A DNA stretch of 60,722 nucleotides, from contig JAVQSZ010000003.1 of NCBI GenBank assembly GCA_033581555.1, positions 118,474-179,195 on the forward strand, written 5' to 3'. The notes below the pieces were generated by a model. That model had not been told where the DNA came from. It searched no databases and saw only the letters and a program-made list of their open reading frames with translations. Source of the stretch: Nitrososphaerota archaeon (GTDB lineage: Archaea; Thermoproteota; Nitrososphaeria_A; Caldarchaeales; Calditenuaceae). This document shows positions 30,159-39,199 of the stretch, piece by piece. Both the position numbers and the translations under genes were made by a program. Each line of letters opens with the position of its first letter. The stretch's first letter is position 1.

Positions 30159-30903
30159 GGCCAAGAGACTGCTCTTCTTCTGCGATCTCGGGAGGACCTC
30201 ATATGACGACTGCCACCGTCTGATGCTGGGGCTGGTAGGCCTCAGGGCGAGGGGGTGCGTCGGGGACGTCGTACTCATCACCGAGCACGAGCACGTCTAC
30301 ACGCTCGGGAGGCACGCGAGGCCCGACCAGGTCTTTAACGACGCCGTTCCGGTGAGGACCGTCGAGAGGGCCGGAGGTCCCACCTACCACGGTCCAGGTC
30401 AGCTCGTCGCTTACCCGGTGATCAGGCTCGCGGACTGGGGGCTGGGACCCGCGGACCTCGTCAGGGCCCTAGAGGCCTCGGTGGTCTCGGTGCTCGGGGA
30501 GCTGGGGATCCGGTCGGAGCCCGGGAGCCCGTCGGGGAGGCCGGGCGTCTGGGTCGACGGCAGGAAGATCGCGTCTATTGGGATGGCGGTAAGGGACGGC
30601 GTCAGCTTCCACGGCGTCGCGCTCAACGTCTCAGCCGACCTCTCGATGTTCCGCGGGATCTCCCCCTGTGGTATGTCGCCTGACGTGATGACCTCGGTCG
30701 AGCGCGAGCTCGGCAAGCGCGTCGGCCTGGAGGCCGTCAAGCCGCTCTTCGTGAGGGAGTTCTCGGCGCTACTCGGCGCTGAACCCCTCGCGGCCCAGAG
30801 GAGGGAGCTCGAGTCCGGTGCGGTCTGGACGCTCCTCGCAGTAAGCCGGTCCCACGAGGGTCCGAGGCGCGTTCCGGCCCTGGACGATCGTCGTGAGAGG
30901 TAA
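30151..30903 (+). CDS. lipB: Octanoyltransferase LipB
   Basis: EHEHVYTLG, RAGGPTYHGPGQLVAYP, KIASIG, HGVALN, PCG. Confidence 0.9.
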   Translation: MREAKRLLFFCDLGRTSYDDCHRLMLGLVGLRARGCVGDVVLITEHEHVYTLGRHARPDQVFNDAVPVRTVERAGGPTYHGPGQLVAYPVIRLADWGLGPADLVRALEASVVSVLGELGIRSEPGSPSGRPGVWVDGRKIASIGMAVRDGVSFHGVALNVSADLSMFRGISPCGMSPDVMTSVERELGKRVGLEAVKPLFVREFSALLGAEPLAAQRRELESGAVWTLLAVSRSHEGPRRVPALDDRRER

Positions 30904-30972
30904 TACTTTGATATTTTGAGTGTCAGCGGTGAGCCAAACCGAATTATATTGGACACTTCAATAAGAATAGTT

Positions 30973-31149
30973 GGGCGGGCCGGGAGAGGTGGTGCCCAGT
31001 TCGTGGGGGAAGCCTCGCGGGCTGGGTGCCTCGCTCGGCCCCGGAGGCCCGAAAGGGCTGCTGCGACCGGGCGGGGCACGGGGACGCTCTGCCCACCGGC
31101 GGCGACCGGGAAGGTGGGCGTGAGGACCTGCCCCACCGAAAGCCCGCCC
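30973..31149 (+). ncRNA. Putative structured non-coding RNA of unknown family (~177 nt)
   Basis: Terminal 8-bp helix GGGCGGGC/GCCCGCCC enclosing three hairpin arms, with G-U pairs and a GAAA tetraloop on the + strand; TTATATT at 30944-30950; pyrimidine tract downstream; lies between convergent genes. Confidence 0.65.
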
Positions 31150-31164
31150 GTCGTTTCTCCTTGA

Positions 31165-33477
31165 TCAGAGTGTAACGCCCTTTGATCTCATCAGGGACCA
31201 GATGTAATCCGGTGTGACGGGCATTCTCTCGATCGCAATGTTTAGGTGGGAGAGGGCGTCCTCGACCGCGTTCACGACGGCCTGCGCGAACCCGATGGTC
31301 GCTGCCTCGCCCACGCCCTTCGCGCCCAGCGGGTTCGGTGCGGGCGTGACGGTCCTCTCCAGGACGAACTCCGGGACCTCGCACGCGGTCGGAACGAGGT
31401 AGTCGGCGAGGCTCTCGGTGAGGAGGTTGCCCTCGGGGCCGTAGCGGACCTCCTCGAGGAGCGCTTGACCTAGGGCCTGGACCGCGCCCCCGACGACCTG
31501 GCCCTCGACGAGCATCGGGTTGACGACGTTGCCCGCGTCGTCGACGAGCACCGCCCTCTTCACGTCCACCCGACCGGTCTCGGGATCGACTTCCACGACC
31601 GCGACGTGGGCCCCGAACGGGTACGTCAGCTTGGGGACGTGGTGAGCGTAGGCCTCGAGTCCCACCTCCTCTCCGTCCGGCAGCTCCGACTCGTCGTAGG
31701 CGGCCTTCGCGACCTCCTCGAAGCCCACCGACCTCTCCGGGACCCCCTTCACGCTGAACCGGCCCCCGATGAGCTCCACGTCCTCCGGCCTCGCCTCGAG
31801 GAGGTGGGCGGCGATCCTCCGCATCTTCTCCGCTACCCGCTCGCACGCCGAGAGTATCGCTGATCCTCCCGAGACCAGGGTCCAGCTGCCCGCGGTCCCG
31901 CCCCCGTACGGCGCGCTCTGGGTGTCGCCGAAGGACAGGCTCACGTCCTCGATCCCGATCCCGAAGTAGTCGGCCACGAGCTGCGCGAAGGCGGTCAGGT
32001 CACCTTGGCCGTGCGGCGAGGTGCTGGTGAAGACGGTCACCTTCCCGTCGGGCTCGACCCTGACCTTCGCGGACTGCGAGGCAAAGTTGCAGACCTCGAC
32101 GTAGGTCGAGATCCCAATCCCGATCAGCCTCCCCTCCTGCCTCGCCCACCTCTGCTCCTCCCTCCACTTCAGGTAATCGACGAGCTCCAGCGCCCTCCGT
32201 AGGGCCTTTTCGTAGTCGCCGCTGTCGTACTCGTGTCCTCCTACCGTCTTGTAGGGGAACTCGTCCCTCCGGATGAAGTTCCTGAGCCTCAGCTCCGCGG
32301 GATCGATCCCGAGCTCCCTCGCGAGCCTCTCGACGCTCCTCTCGATCAGGAACGAAGCCTCCGGCCTTCCAGCCCCCCTGTAGGGCGCGGTCGGGACCTT
32401 GTTGGTGAAGGCCCCGACGACCTTTCCCTCGAAGCCGGTGAGCTTGTAGACGCCTGGCACCATCCCGAGCATCCCGGTGTAGACCGACTGGGTAAGGTGG
32501 TAGAAGTAGGCGCCGACGTCGCCGATCGCCTCAACCCTCACGCCCAGAAGCCTGCCGTCCGACTTCGCGGCCAGCTCAACCCTCGCGATCAGGCCCCTCC
32601 CGTGCGTCGTCGAGGAGAGGTTCTCGCGCCTCGTCTCGACCCACTTCACCGGCCTGCCGAGCGCGACCGACGCCGCGGGGACCGCTACGTCCTCGGGGTA
32701 GTGGGGGATCTTCGACCCGAACGCGCCCCCGACGTCCGTGACCACGACCCTCACCCTGTTCTGCGGTATGCCGAGGGCCTCTGACGTCCACTCCCTCAGG
32801 GAGTGCGGGAACTGGTGCGACGCGTGAACCTCCAACTGGCCCGTCGAGGGGTCGTAGCTCGCGAGTATACCCCTGGGCTCGATCGGCGTCGCCGCGACCC
32901 TCTGGACGGTGTGTCTGTATCTCACCACTCTGTCCGCGGACCTGAAGGCCCCGTCCGGGTCGCCGCCGACCCTGGTATAAGTGAAGGCGACGTTGTCCCC
33001 GAACTCCTCGTGGACCAACGGCGATCCGGGCCTGAGGGCCTCTTCGGGGTCCACGACGGCCTGCAGGGGCTCGTAACCGACTTCGACGAGGGCCACTGCG
33101 TCGTAGGCCGCGTACCTGTCCTCGGCGACTACCATCGCGACCGGTTCGCCCACGTACCTGACCTTCCTCTCCGCGAGCGGTTTGACCGGCGGCACCTTAG
33201 AGTACTTGGGGTTCGCGTTCACGGCCAGCGGTCCGACCCTCGGGTTCAGGTCTGCGCCAGTGAAGACCGCGACTACCCCCTGGGCCTTCACGGCCCTGCT
33301 GACGTCGATCGACCTGATGACCGCGTGCGGGTACGCGCTCCTCACGAAGGCCGCGTGTAGGGTCCTGGGGAGCCAGAGGTCGTCGATGAAGCTGCCTCTG
33401 CCGATCAGGAGCTTCCGGTCCTCGATCCTAGGGACGGGCTTCCCGACGTAGCGAGCGGCAGCCAGCCTGATACTCAT
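31165..33477 (-). CDS. Xanthine-dehydrogenase-family molybdopterin-binding large subunit (CoxL/CutA-like)
   Basis: VGGAFGSK, PYRGAGRPEA, SPHGQG, NPMLVEGQ, AKGVGE. Confidence 0.9.
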   Translation of the reverse strand: MSIRLAAARYVGKPVPRIEDRKLLIGRGSFIDDLWLPRTLHAAFVRSAYPHAVIRSIDVSRAVKAQGVVAVFTGADLNPRVGPLAVNANPKYSKVPPVKPLAERKVRYVGEPVAMVVAEDRYAAYDAVALVEVGYEPLQAVVDPEEALRPGSPLVHEEFGDNVAFTYTRVGGDPDGAFRSADRVVRYRHTVQRVAATPIEPRGILASYDPSTGQLEVHASHQFPHSLREWTSEALGIPQNRVRVVVTDVGGAFGSKIPHYPEDVAVPAASVALGRPVKWVETRRENLSSTTHGRGLIARVELAAKSDGRLLGVRVEAIGDVGAYFYHLTQSVYTGMLGMVPGVYKLTGFEGKVVGAFTNKVPTAPYRGAGRPEASFLIERSVERLARELGIDPAELRLRNFIRRDEFPYKTVGGHEYDSGDYEKALRRALELVDYLKWREEQRWARQEGRLIGIGISTYVEVCNFASQSAKVRVEPDGKVTVFTSTSPHGQGDLTAFAQLVADYFGIGIEDVSLSFGDTQSAPYGGGTAGSWTLVSGGSAILSACERVAEKMRRIAAHLLEARPEDVELIGGRFSVKGVPERSVGFEEVAKAAYDESELPDGEEVGLEAYAHHVPKLTYPFGAHVAVVEVDPETGRVDVKRAVLVDDAGNVVNPMLVEGQVVGGAVQALGQALLEEVRYGPEGNLLTESLADYLVPTACEVPEFVLERTVTPAPNPLGAKGVGEAATIGFAQAVVNAVEDALSHLNIAIERMPVTPDYIWSLMRSKGVTL

Positions 33478-33513
33478 CGGCAGGCCCGAGGACCGCGCGT
33501 GATAACTGTTCCC

Positions 33514-34317
33514 TCACGTGCCATCGGGCGGGGTTCTGGCCCTAGTCGCACCCCTTAGCCTCCCGTGGAAGCGTCCCAGCCTTCCGCCCTCTGAGGCCTT
33601 GAGCACCCGCTCGCAGGCTCTGATGTACCTCCTGAAGGCGGCCCTCGCGGAGCCCGACGTCATCACGAGGTCGTCGTAGAATGAGCCGGACTCGCTCAGC
33701 GCGACCTCTGCCAACCCCTTCGCGAGCCTCATGCTGTTCGTAGGGAGGACCGCGGGAGACCTCGAGAGCGTCTCGGCTAGCGCCAACCCGATGTAATGAG
33801 TCAGGGAGACCGAGACTGAGACCGCCTTGTCGTGGTCCCTCCAGTTCATCCTGATCAGCCTCGTTCCGGGGAGCAGGGACCGTATCAGCTCCTCCTCGCG
33901 ATCTACGTCTCGGGGCTCGACGTGAGCGGTGAAGGTCCCCTCCGTCGACTCGGTCTTGGGGCCGAAGAGCGGGTGCGCCAACGCCACGATCACGCCCCTG
34001 GACCTCAGGAGCTCCGCGGCCCTCACCAGAGGGCCCTTCAGCGCCGAGACGTCCACCAGGGACCCGAACCCGAGGTCTGACTTCGCCAGCGACCTCATCA
34101 GCCTCTTGGCCTCGAGGACCGGGACCGCTAAAAGCACCATGTCGGCCCGCCGGGCAGCCTCGAAGGCATCGCCGACGGCTTCACAGCCCAGCTCCCTCGA
34201 GAGCGCGGACGCGGCCTCCTGAGTCCTGTCGTGGAGGAGGAGCGAGTGGCCCCTAGCTGCCAGCCTCCTGGCGAACCAGCCCCCCATCTGGCCGCATCCG
34301 ACCAGTAGGACCCTCAA
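33514..34317 (-). CDS. tyrA: Prephenate/arogenate dehydrogenase
   Basis: VGCGQMGGWFA Rossmann motif, DVSALK, HPLFGP, HDKAV, LTH. Confidence 0.8.
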   Translation of the reverse strand: MRVLLVGCGQMGGWFARRLAARGHSLLLHDRTQEAASALSRELGCEAVGDAFEAARRADMVLLAVPVLEAKRLMRSLAKSDLGFGSLVDVSALKGPLVRAAELLRSRGVIVALAHPLFGPKTESTEGTFTAHVEPRDVDREEELIRSLLPGTRLIRMNWRDHDKAVSVSVSLTHYIGLALAETLSRSPAVLPTNSMRLAKGLAEVALSESGSFYDDLVMTSGSARAAFRRYIRACERVLKASEGGRLGRFHGRLRGATRARTPPDGT

Positions 34318-34338
34318 GCCCTCTCCGCTCGAGGGAGC

Positions 34339-35142
34339 TCACTTGATGTAGGAGGGCCTGTCCTCCTGCTCCTCGTACTCGGCTTCAAGCCTCCTGACCA
34401 GCTCCTTGAGGTCCTCGTCGCTCTCCACCAGCGAGTTGACTTTGCTCTCGAAGATCGTCGCGTCGAAGTAAAGCCTCTCCAGCCTCAGCGGGACCTCCAC
34501 GATGGACGCGAGCTTCTCCAGGACCGCGAGTACCGCCCTCGGGTTCGGGATGTTCAGATACGAGGGCACGTGCCCCCAGAGCGAGACCGCCTCGAGCCCC
34601 CTCAGCGCGGAGTTGTGCATGATGAAGCTGTGCATCGAGGCCGGCCCCCTGTAGTTGGACGGGTTAAGGCCGTGGAGCATGCACTTCGCGTAGAGCCGCT
34701 CACTGGTCGTCAGGAACGAGATCCTCACGGGCTTGGTGTGGGGAGTCCTGTCGATGAGTCCGCCGACCGTCACCAGCAGCCTCGACCCGACGGAGTCCAT
34801 GAGCTCGAAGAGGTTGTCGATGAACTCCTTCCAGCTGTGGGAGAGCTCGTACCCGCTCACCAGCACCAAGTCCCTGTCCTTCTTTATCGCGTAGTGGATC
34901 TCGAACGCCGGCATCTTCAGCTCCCTGATGAAACCTCCCTCGATCGTGACGATCGGCCTGTGCTGCGTGTGATCGATCAGGTCGGAGACCTCCATCCTAC
35001 CCATTTCCGCGGCGCCCTCGGACTCCCTGAGGTACGCGAGGGCGAGCGTCGAGACGTTCCCCGCGTCGGCCCAGCCCCCGAACCCGACGATCGTGATCGG
35101 GTCCCTCAGCTGCGGCACCTTGATCAGGTTGAGCCTCTTCAA
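34339..35142 (-). CDS. PAC2-family protein (second paralogue)
   Basis: GFGGWADAG, TPHT, SLWGHVPSY, PNPRA; C-terminus SYIK. Confidence 0.85.
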   Translation of the reverse strand: MKRLNLIKVPQLRDPITIVGFGGWADAGNVSTLALAYLRESEGAAEMGRMEVSDLIDHTQHRPIVTIEGGFIRELKMPAFEIHYAIKKDRDLVLVSGYELSHSWKEFIDNLFELMDSVGSRLLVTVGGLIDRTPHTKPVRISFLTTSERLYAKCMLHGLNPSNYRGPASMHSFIMHNSALRGLEAVSLWGHVPSYLNIPNPRAVLAVLEKLASIVEVPLRLERLYFDATIFESKVNSLVESDEDLKELVRRLEAEYEEQEDRPSYIK

Positions 35143-35209
35143 CCCCAGAGACGACTATGGGCCGGTCTAAAAGGTCTTGTGTTGATAAAAGGCGATCCGA
35201 TTCCTGGTC

Positions 35210-36064
35210 CTACGAGACGCGGCCGCTGATGTACGCCTCGGTCCTCGAGTCCTTCGGGGACGTGAAGATCTCCTTCGTCGGCCCGAACTCGATCAACCTG
35301 CCAATGAGGTTCTCGTCGGGCATCATAACCGCGGTGTAGTCCGAGACCCTGGCGGCCTGCTGCATGTTGTGGGTCACGATGATGATGGTGTAGTCGTGCT
35401 TGAGGGCGACCAGCAGCCTCTCGATCTTCGAGGTGGATATCGGGTCGAGGGAGACGGTCGGTTCGTCGAGGAGCAGGACCTCGGGCTCGACTGCCAAGGC
35501 CCTCGCGATGCAGAGCCTCTGCTGCTGGCCTCCGGAGAGGGAGTAGGCATGGGCGTCGAGCCTGTCCTTCACCTCGTCCCAGAGCGCCGCCTTCACGAGC
35601 GCCTCCTGGACCCTCTTCCTGAGCTCGTCCTTGGTGAGCTTGAACCCGTTCACCCTCAGCCCGAACGCGACGTTATCAAAAATGCTCATGGGGAACGGGT
35701 TCGGCCGCTGAAAGACCATCCCGATCCGCGACCTGATGTAGACCGGGTCGACGTCCCTCGAATAGATGTCGATCCCGTTGAAGAGGACCTTTCCACTTAC
35801 GAGCGCGCCGGGTATCAGGTCGTTCATCCTGTTCAGGGACCTGAGGAGCGTAGACTTACCGCAGCCCGACGGCCCTATGATCGCGGTGATCGCGTTCCTC
35901 CTGAACTTTATGCTGATGTCCTCGATCGCGACCCGACCGTGATAGGAGACCGAGAGGTCCTCCGTTAGTATCGCCGCGTCCTTCTCCACGACTTCTCCCA
36001 CCTCGTCCTTCCTCTCTGAGATGATAACCTTTATCCGCTCTAGGACCTCCTCCTCGGCGGTCAC
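35210..36064 (-). CDS. pstB: Phosphate ABC transporter ATP-binding protein
   Basis: [33 protein letters not shown]. Start shortened to GTG 36064, overlapping the pstA stop. Confidence 0.95.
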   Translation of the reverse strand: MTAEEEVLERIKVIISERKDEVGEVVEKDAAILTEDLSVSYHGRVAIEDISIKFRRNAITAIIGPSGCGKSTLLRSLNRMNDLIPGALVSGKVLFNGIDIYSRDVDPVYIRSRIGMVFQRPNPFPMSIFDNVAFGLRVNGFKLTKDELRKRVQEALVKAALWDEVKDRLDAHAYSLSGGQQQRLCIARALAVEPEVLLLDEPTVSLDPISTSKIERLLVALKHDYTIIIVTHNMQQAARVSDYTAVMMPDENLIGRLIEFGPTKEIFTSPKDSRTEAYISGRVS

Positions 36065-36957
36065 GTCGCCTCGAGCCTCCTGTACAGTCTGTACCTCAAG
36101 TAAATTGCGGCTGAGTTGAGGGCCAGTAGGATCAGCAGCAGGACGATTATAGCCGCCGCGGAGAGCTCTTGGAAGGCCGGCAGGGGCCTCGAGATCCAGT
36201 TGAAGAGCTGAAGCGGGATCACGGTGAACCTGCTTAAGAGCGAGACCGGGTCCTCCCTGATGAAGAGGAGGCCGCTGATTATCAGTATCGGCGCCGCCTC
36301 GCCTATCGCCCTCGAGATGCCCAAGATCCCGCCCGTGAGCATCATCGGGAGGGCCCTGGGGAGGATGATCGACTTGACGACCTGGAGCCTCGTCGCCCCC
36401 AGCGCGTAGGCCCCGAACTTCAGGTCCTCCGGGACCGTCTTGATCGCCTCGACGCACGTCACCGTGACGTAGGGCAGCGTCAGTATGGCCAACGTGAAGG
36501 CCCCCGCGATCACGCTCCTCCCGAGGCCGAGCCCGTAGACCAGGAACCCGAGCCCCACGATCCCGAAGACGACCGACGGGACGCCTGCGAGGTTAGCGAT
36601 GTTGTACCTGAGGACCTCCGCCCACCTCCTCCCTCCCGCGTACTCGACGAGGTAAATCGCAGAGGCGATGCTCAGGGGGATGCAGATCAGCGCTGAGAGC
36701 CCCACAGTGACGATCGTCCCTAGCACCGCCGACCTCATGCCAGCCTCCGCCGGGTTCGCCGACGGGTACTCGGTGATCAGGTTGAGGTTGAGTCTGTCGT
36801 AACCGGTCGTCACCACGTCGAAGAGCAGGGCCGCGAGCACGGTGACGCCGAAGAAGACGCCTAGGCTCAGCACCACCGGCACGACCCTGTCGAGGGTCCT
36901 CTTGAGGTCGTTCCTCCTCTTAACCAGGTCCTCGTACCTCAGTACCTGATCTCCCAT
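36061..36957 (-). CDS. pstA: Phosphate ABC transporter permease PstA
   Basis: [26 protein letters not shown]. Confidence 0.93.
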   Translation of the reverse strand: MGDQVLRYEDLVKRRNDLKRTLDRVVPVVLSLGVFFGVTVLAALLFDVVTTGYDRLNLNLITEYPSANPAEAGMRSAVLGTIVTVGLSALICIPLSIASAIYLVEYAGGRRWAEVLRYNIANLAGVPSVVFGIVGLGFLVYGLGLGRSVIAGAFTLAILTLPYVTVTCVEAIKTVPEDLKFGAYALGATRLQVVKSIILPRALPMMLTGGILGISRAIGEAAPILIISGLLFIREDPVSLLSRFTVIPLQLFNWISRPLPAFQELSAAAIIVLLLILLALNSAAIYLRYRLYRRLEAT

Positions 36958-37859
36958 CTCCTGATCACCTTGAGCCCTATGAAGTTCAGGGTCGCGGTAA
37001 TCACGAGTAGCAGGAGCCCGACCGCGAAGAGGGACTGGTACTCGATCGTGCCGTGGGGCGCGTCTCCGGTCGCGACCTGGGCCAGGTATGAGGTCATCGT
37101 TTGCATCGACTCGCCGAGGTTGAACGAGAGGACCGGTCTGAACCCTCCGGCTATCGCGGCTATCATCGTCTCGCCCATCGCCCTCGCGAACGCCAGGACT
37201 ATTGAAGCGACGACACCGGAGAGCGCCGCAGGCAAGACCACCCTGAAGACCACGTCGATCTTCCTCGAGCCCAACGAGTAGGCCGCGAGCCTGAGGTCAT
37301 AGGGGACAGCCTTCATCGCGTCGTCGCTGATCGAGACGACGATCGGCAGCGTGAGTACGCCGATCATCAATCCGACGGCCAGCGCGTTGTGGATGGAGAG
37401 GTCCTCCCAGAAGGCCCTCAGGAAGTTCGGGGTGACGAAGTACAGGGCGAAGTAACCGTACACGACCGTCGGTACCCCCGAGAGCGTCTCTATTACGGGC
37501 TTCATGAAGTTCCTGAACCTTTGGGACGCGTATTCGCTAAGGTAAACGGCCGCTGCGATCCCCGCGGGTCCGGCGACCGCGATCGCGATCAGGGAGGTCA
37601 TCAGCGTCGCGTTGAGCAGGGGGAGGACGCCGAAGTGCTTGTCCGCGAACAACACCGTCCACTTCGTCCCGGTCAGGAACTCGATGACGCTAACTCGCGT
37701 GAAGAAGCTGACCGACTCGACGGAGAGCGTGACGAATATCACGATCAGGGCGAGAGTCGAGACGAGGGTCGCAGCTAAGACGACGACCATGAAGAGCTTG
37801 TCCTGTGCCCGCCTCCTCTTAACGGACCTGAGGAACTGTTCAGACGAGAGATAACCCAA
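36939..37859 (-). CDS. pstC: Phosphate ABC transporter permease PstC
   Basis: AVYLSEY, SGVPTVVYG, RAMGETM. Confidence 0.93.
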   Translation of the reverse strand: MGYLSSEQFLRSVKRRRAQDKLFMVVVLAATLVSTLALIVIFVTLSVESVSFFTRVSVIEFLTGTKWTVLFADKHFGVLPLLNATLMTSLIAIAVAGPAGIAAAVYLSEYASQRFRNFMKPVIETLSGVPTVVYGYFALYFVTPNFLRAFWEDLSIHNALAVGLMIGVLTLPIVVSISDDAMKAVPYDLRLAAYSLGSRKIDVVFRVVLPAALSGVVASIVLAFARAMGETMIAAIAGGFRPVLSFNLGESMQTMTSYLAQVATGDAPHGTIEYQSLFAVGLLLLVITATLNFIGLKVIRRWEIRY

Positions 37860-37903
37860 GAATTCCCACCATAACAGAAAAAGTCGGCATTATAAGCGTT
37901 TTT

Positions 37904-39064
37904 TCAGCGCGGGCCGGCGTTCCTGAGCGTGATCTGCGTAAGCCCGAAGAGCCCGTCGGTGACACCGGACCTCAGCAGGTGAGCCGCTAGCTCGTAGTAG
38001 ACGCTCGGGAGCGGCGTGTACTTCACCTTCTTGGCGAACTCAGCGCCTTTCTGAACGTAGAAGATCACGAACTCCTTGAGCGCAGGCTTCTCCTCGTACT
38101 TCTTCTTGTTGACGTAGATGAACAGCGGCCTCGAGAGCGGGTACCTGAACGTCGAGACGGTCTCGTCGTTGGGCTCAACGCAGGTCGAACCGGCGACGGC
38201 GTCGTCCCTGACGGGCACGATCTTCACCTTGCCCGCGGCCTCGGCGACGTAGGCGTACGGAATGTAACCGAGGGCGAACCGCTCAGCCGCGACTCCGGCG
38301 ATCAGGACGTTGTCGTCCTCGGAGGCGACGTAGTCGGTCCTCGAGGCCTTCGCCCTGCCGACGACCCTCTCGGTGAAGTAATCGAAGGTGCCTGAGTCGG
38401 GACCAGCTCCATACAGCTTAATAGGCTGGTCCGGCCACCCAGACCTGACCTGGCTCCACCTGGTTATCTTGCTGTCGGGCTTCCAGATCTCTCTTAATTC
38501 GGAGATCGTTATACAGTCTACCCAAGTGTTGGTCGGGTGGACGACGATGGCGAGTCCCTCGAGGGCGAGCGGTACCTCGAACCAAACGATGCCATTCTTA
38601 GCCGCTGACTCTGCCTCCGCCCTGGTTATCGGCCTAGAGGCGTCGTTGATGTCGGTCTCGCCCACCACGAACCTCTTGAAGCCGCCTCCAGTACCGGAGA
38701 TCCCGACGGATATCTTGACGCCTGGGTGGAGCTTCATAAAGGCCTCAGCCGCTGCCTCCGTGAGCGGGTAGACGGTGCTGGATCCGTCGATCTCGATCGT
38801 GCCGGTCAGCCGCGGCGGCTGTGGTGGTGGCGGCGTGAAGGTTACGGTCGCGGTCACGGTCGTCGGTTGCGTCACCGTCATCACTATCCTCTCGCCAGCG
38901 GCGGTCACCGTCTGGACCCTCGTCACGGTCACCGCTGACTGCCCCACTCCTCCTCCGACGAAGAACATCGCCACCGCTCCGACGACGAGCCCCACGACCA
39001 GCATCACCGCGGACATCACGGTCGGCATCGCTGCCTGAACTCCGGACTTGGTTCCCGACGCCAT
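37904..39064 (-). CDS. pstS: Phosphate-binding protein PstS, membrane anchored
   Basis: IDGSSTVYP, SGTGGGFK, SGTFDYF, YPLSRPLFIY; N-terminal TM followed by a Thr/Val/Pro linker. Confidence 0.93.
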   Translation of the reverse strand: MASGTKSGVQAAMPTVMSAVMLVVGLVVGAVAMFFVGGGVGQSAVTVTRVQTVTAAGERIVMTVTQPTTVTATVTFTPPPPQPPRLTGTIEIDGSSTVYPLTEAAAEAFMKLHPGVKISVGISGTGGGFKRFVVGETDINDASRPITRAEAESAAKNGIVWFEVPLALEGLAIVVHPTNTWVDCITISELREIWKPDSKITRWSQVRSGWPDQPIKLYGAGPDSGTFDYFTERVVGRAKASRTDYVASEDDNVLIAGVAAERFALGYIPYAYVAEAAGKVKIVPVRDDAVAGSTCVEPNDETVSTFRYPLSRPLFIYVNKKKYEEKPALKEFVIFYVQKGAEFAKKVKYTPLPSVYYELAAHLLRSGVTDGLFGLTQITLRNAGPR

Positions 39065-39103
39065 CTCGGCGGGCCCACGATCGCGGTCAAATAAGTAGAT
39101 TCC

Positions 39104-39195
39104 CTAAATTCTATATAGACTACGCAATATTCTAAATAGAACACATACGTATCAGGCCAAACAATCCCTAAATAGTAAAGGTCTGCTCTATATAT
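39104..39195. promoter_or_regulatory. Divergent pstS/phoU promoter region with repeated CTA(A/T)ATA(G/T) boxes
   Basis: CTATATAG 39111, CTAAATAG 39132, CTAAATAG 39168, CTATATAT 39188, plus CTAAAT 39104. Confidence 0.55.
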
Positions 39196-39199
39196 ACCG

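Noticed and set aside
30973-31149. Cobalamin riboswitch, SRP RNA, 5S rRNA, short RNase P RNA or hammerhead identity for the structured RNA
   Set aside because: GGGAAGG and GACCTGCC resemble B12-element pieces, but the core is missing and there is no downstream same-strand gene. AGGCCCGAAAGGG lacks the SRP AGC/AGCAG 3' side. No 5S CGAAC, RNase P CR-I/CR-V or CUGANGA core is present.
30916-31164. 82-aa ORF across the structured region
   Set aside because: Ala/Gly/Arg/Pro-rich with atypical codons; better explained as a by-product of the GC-rich RNA structure.
31165-33477. Bona fide form I aerobic CO dehydrogenase
   Set aside because: The active-site loop is PYRGAGR rather than AYxCSFR, and no coxM/S are adjacent; the substrate cannot be assigned.
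19029-35142. Both PAC2 paralogues end in YIK
   Set aside because: Tyr-containing C-terminal tails and two paralogues are usual for archaeal PAC2 proteins; not considered novel.
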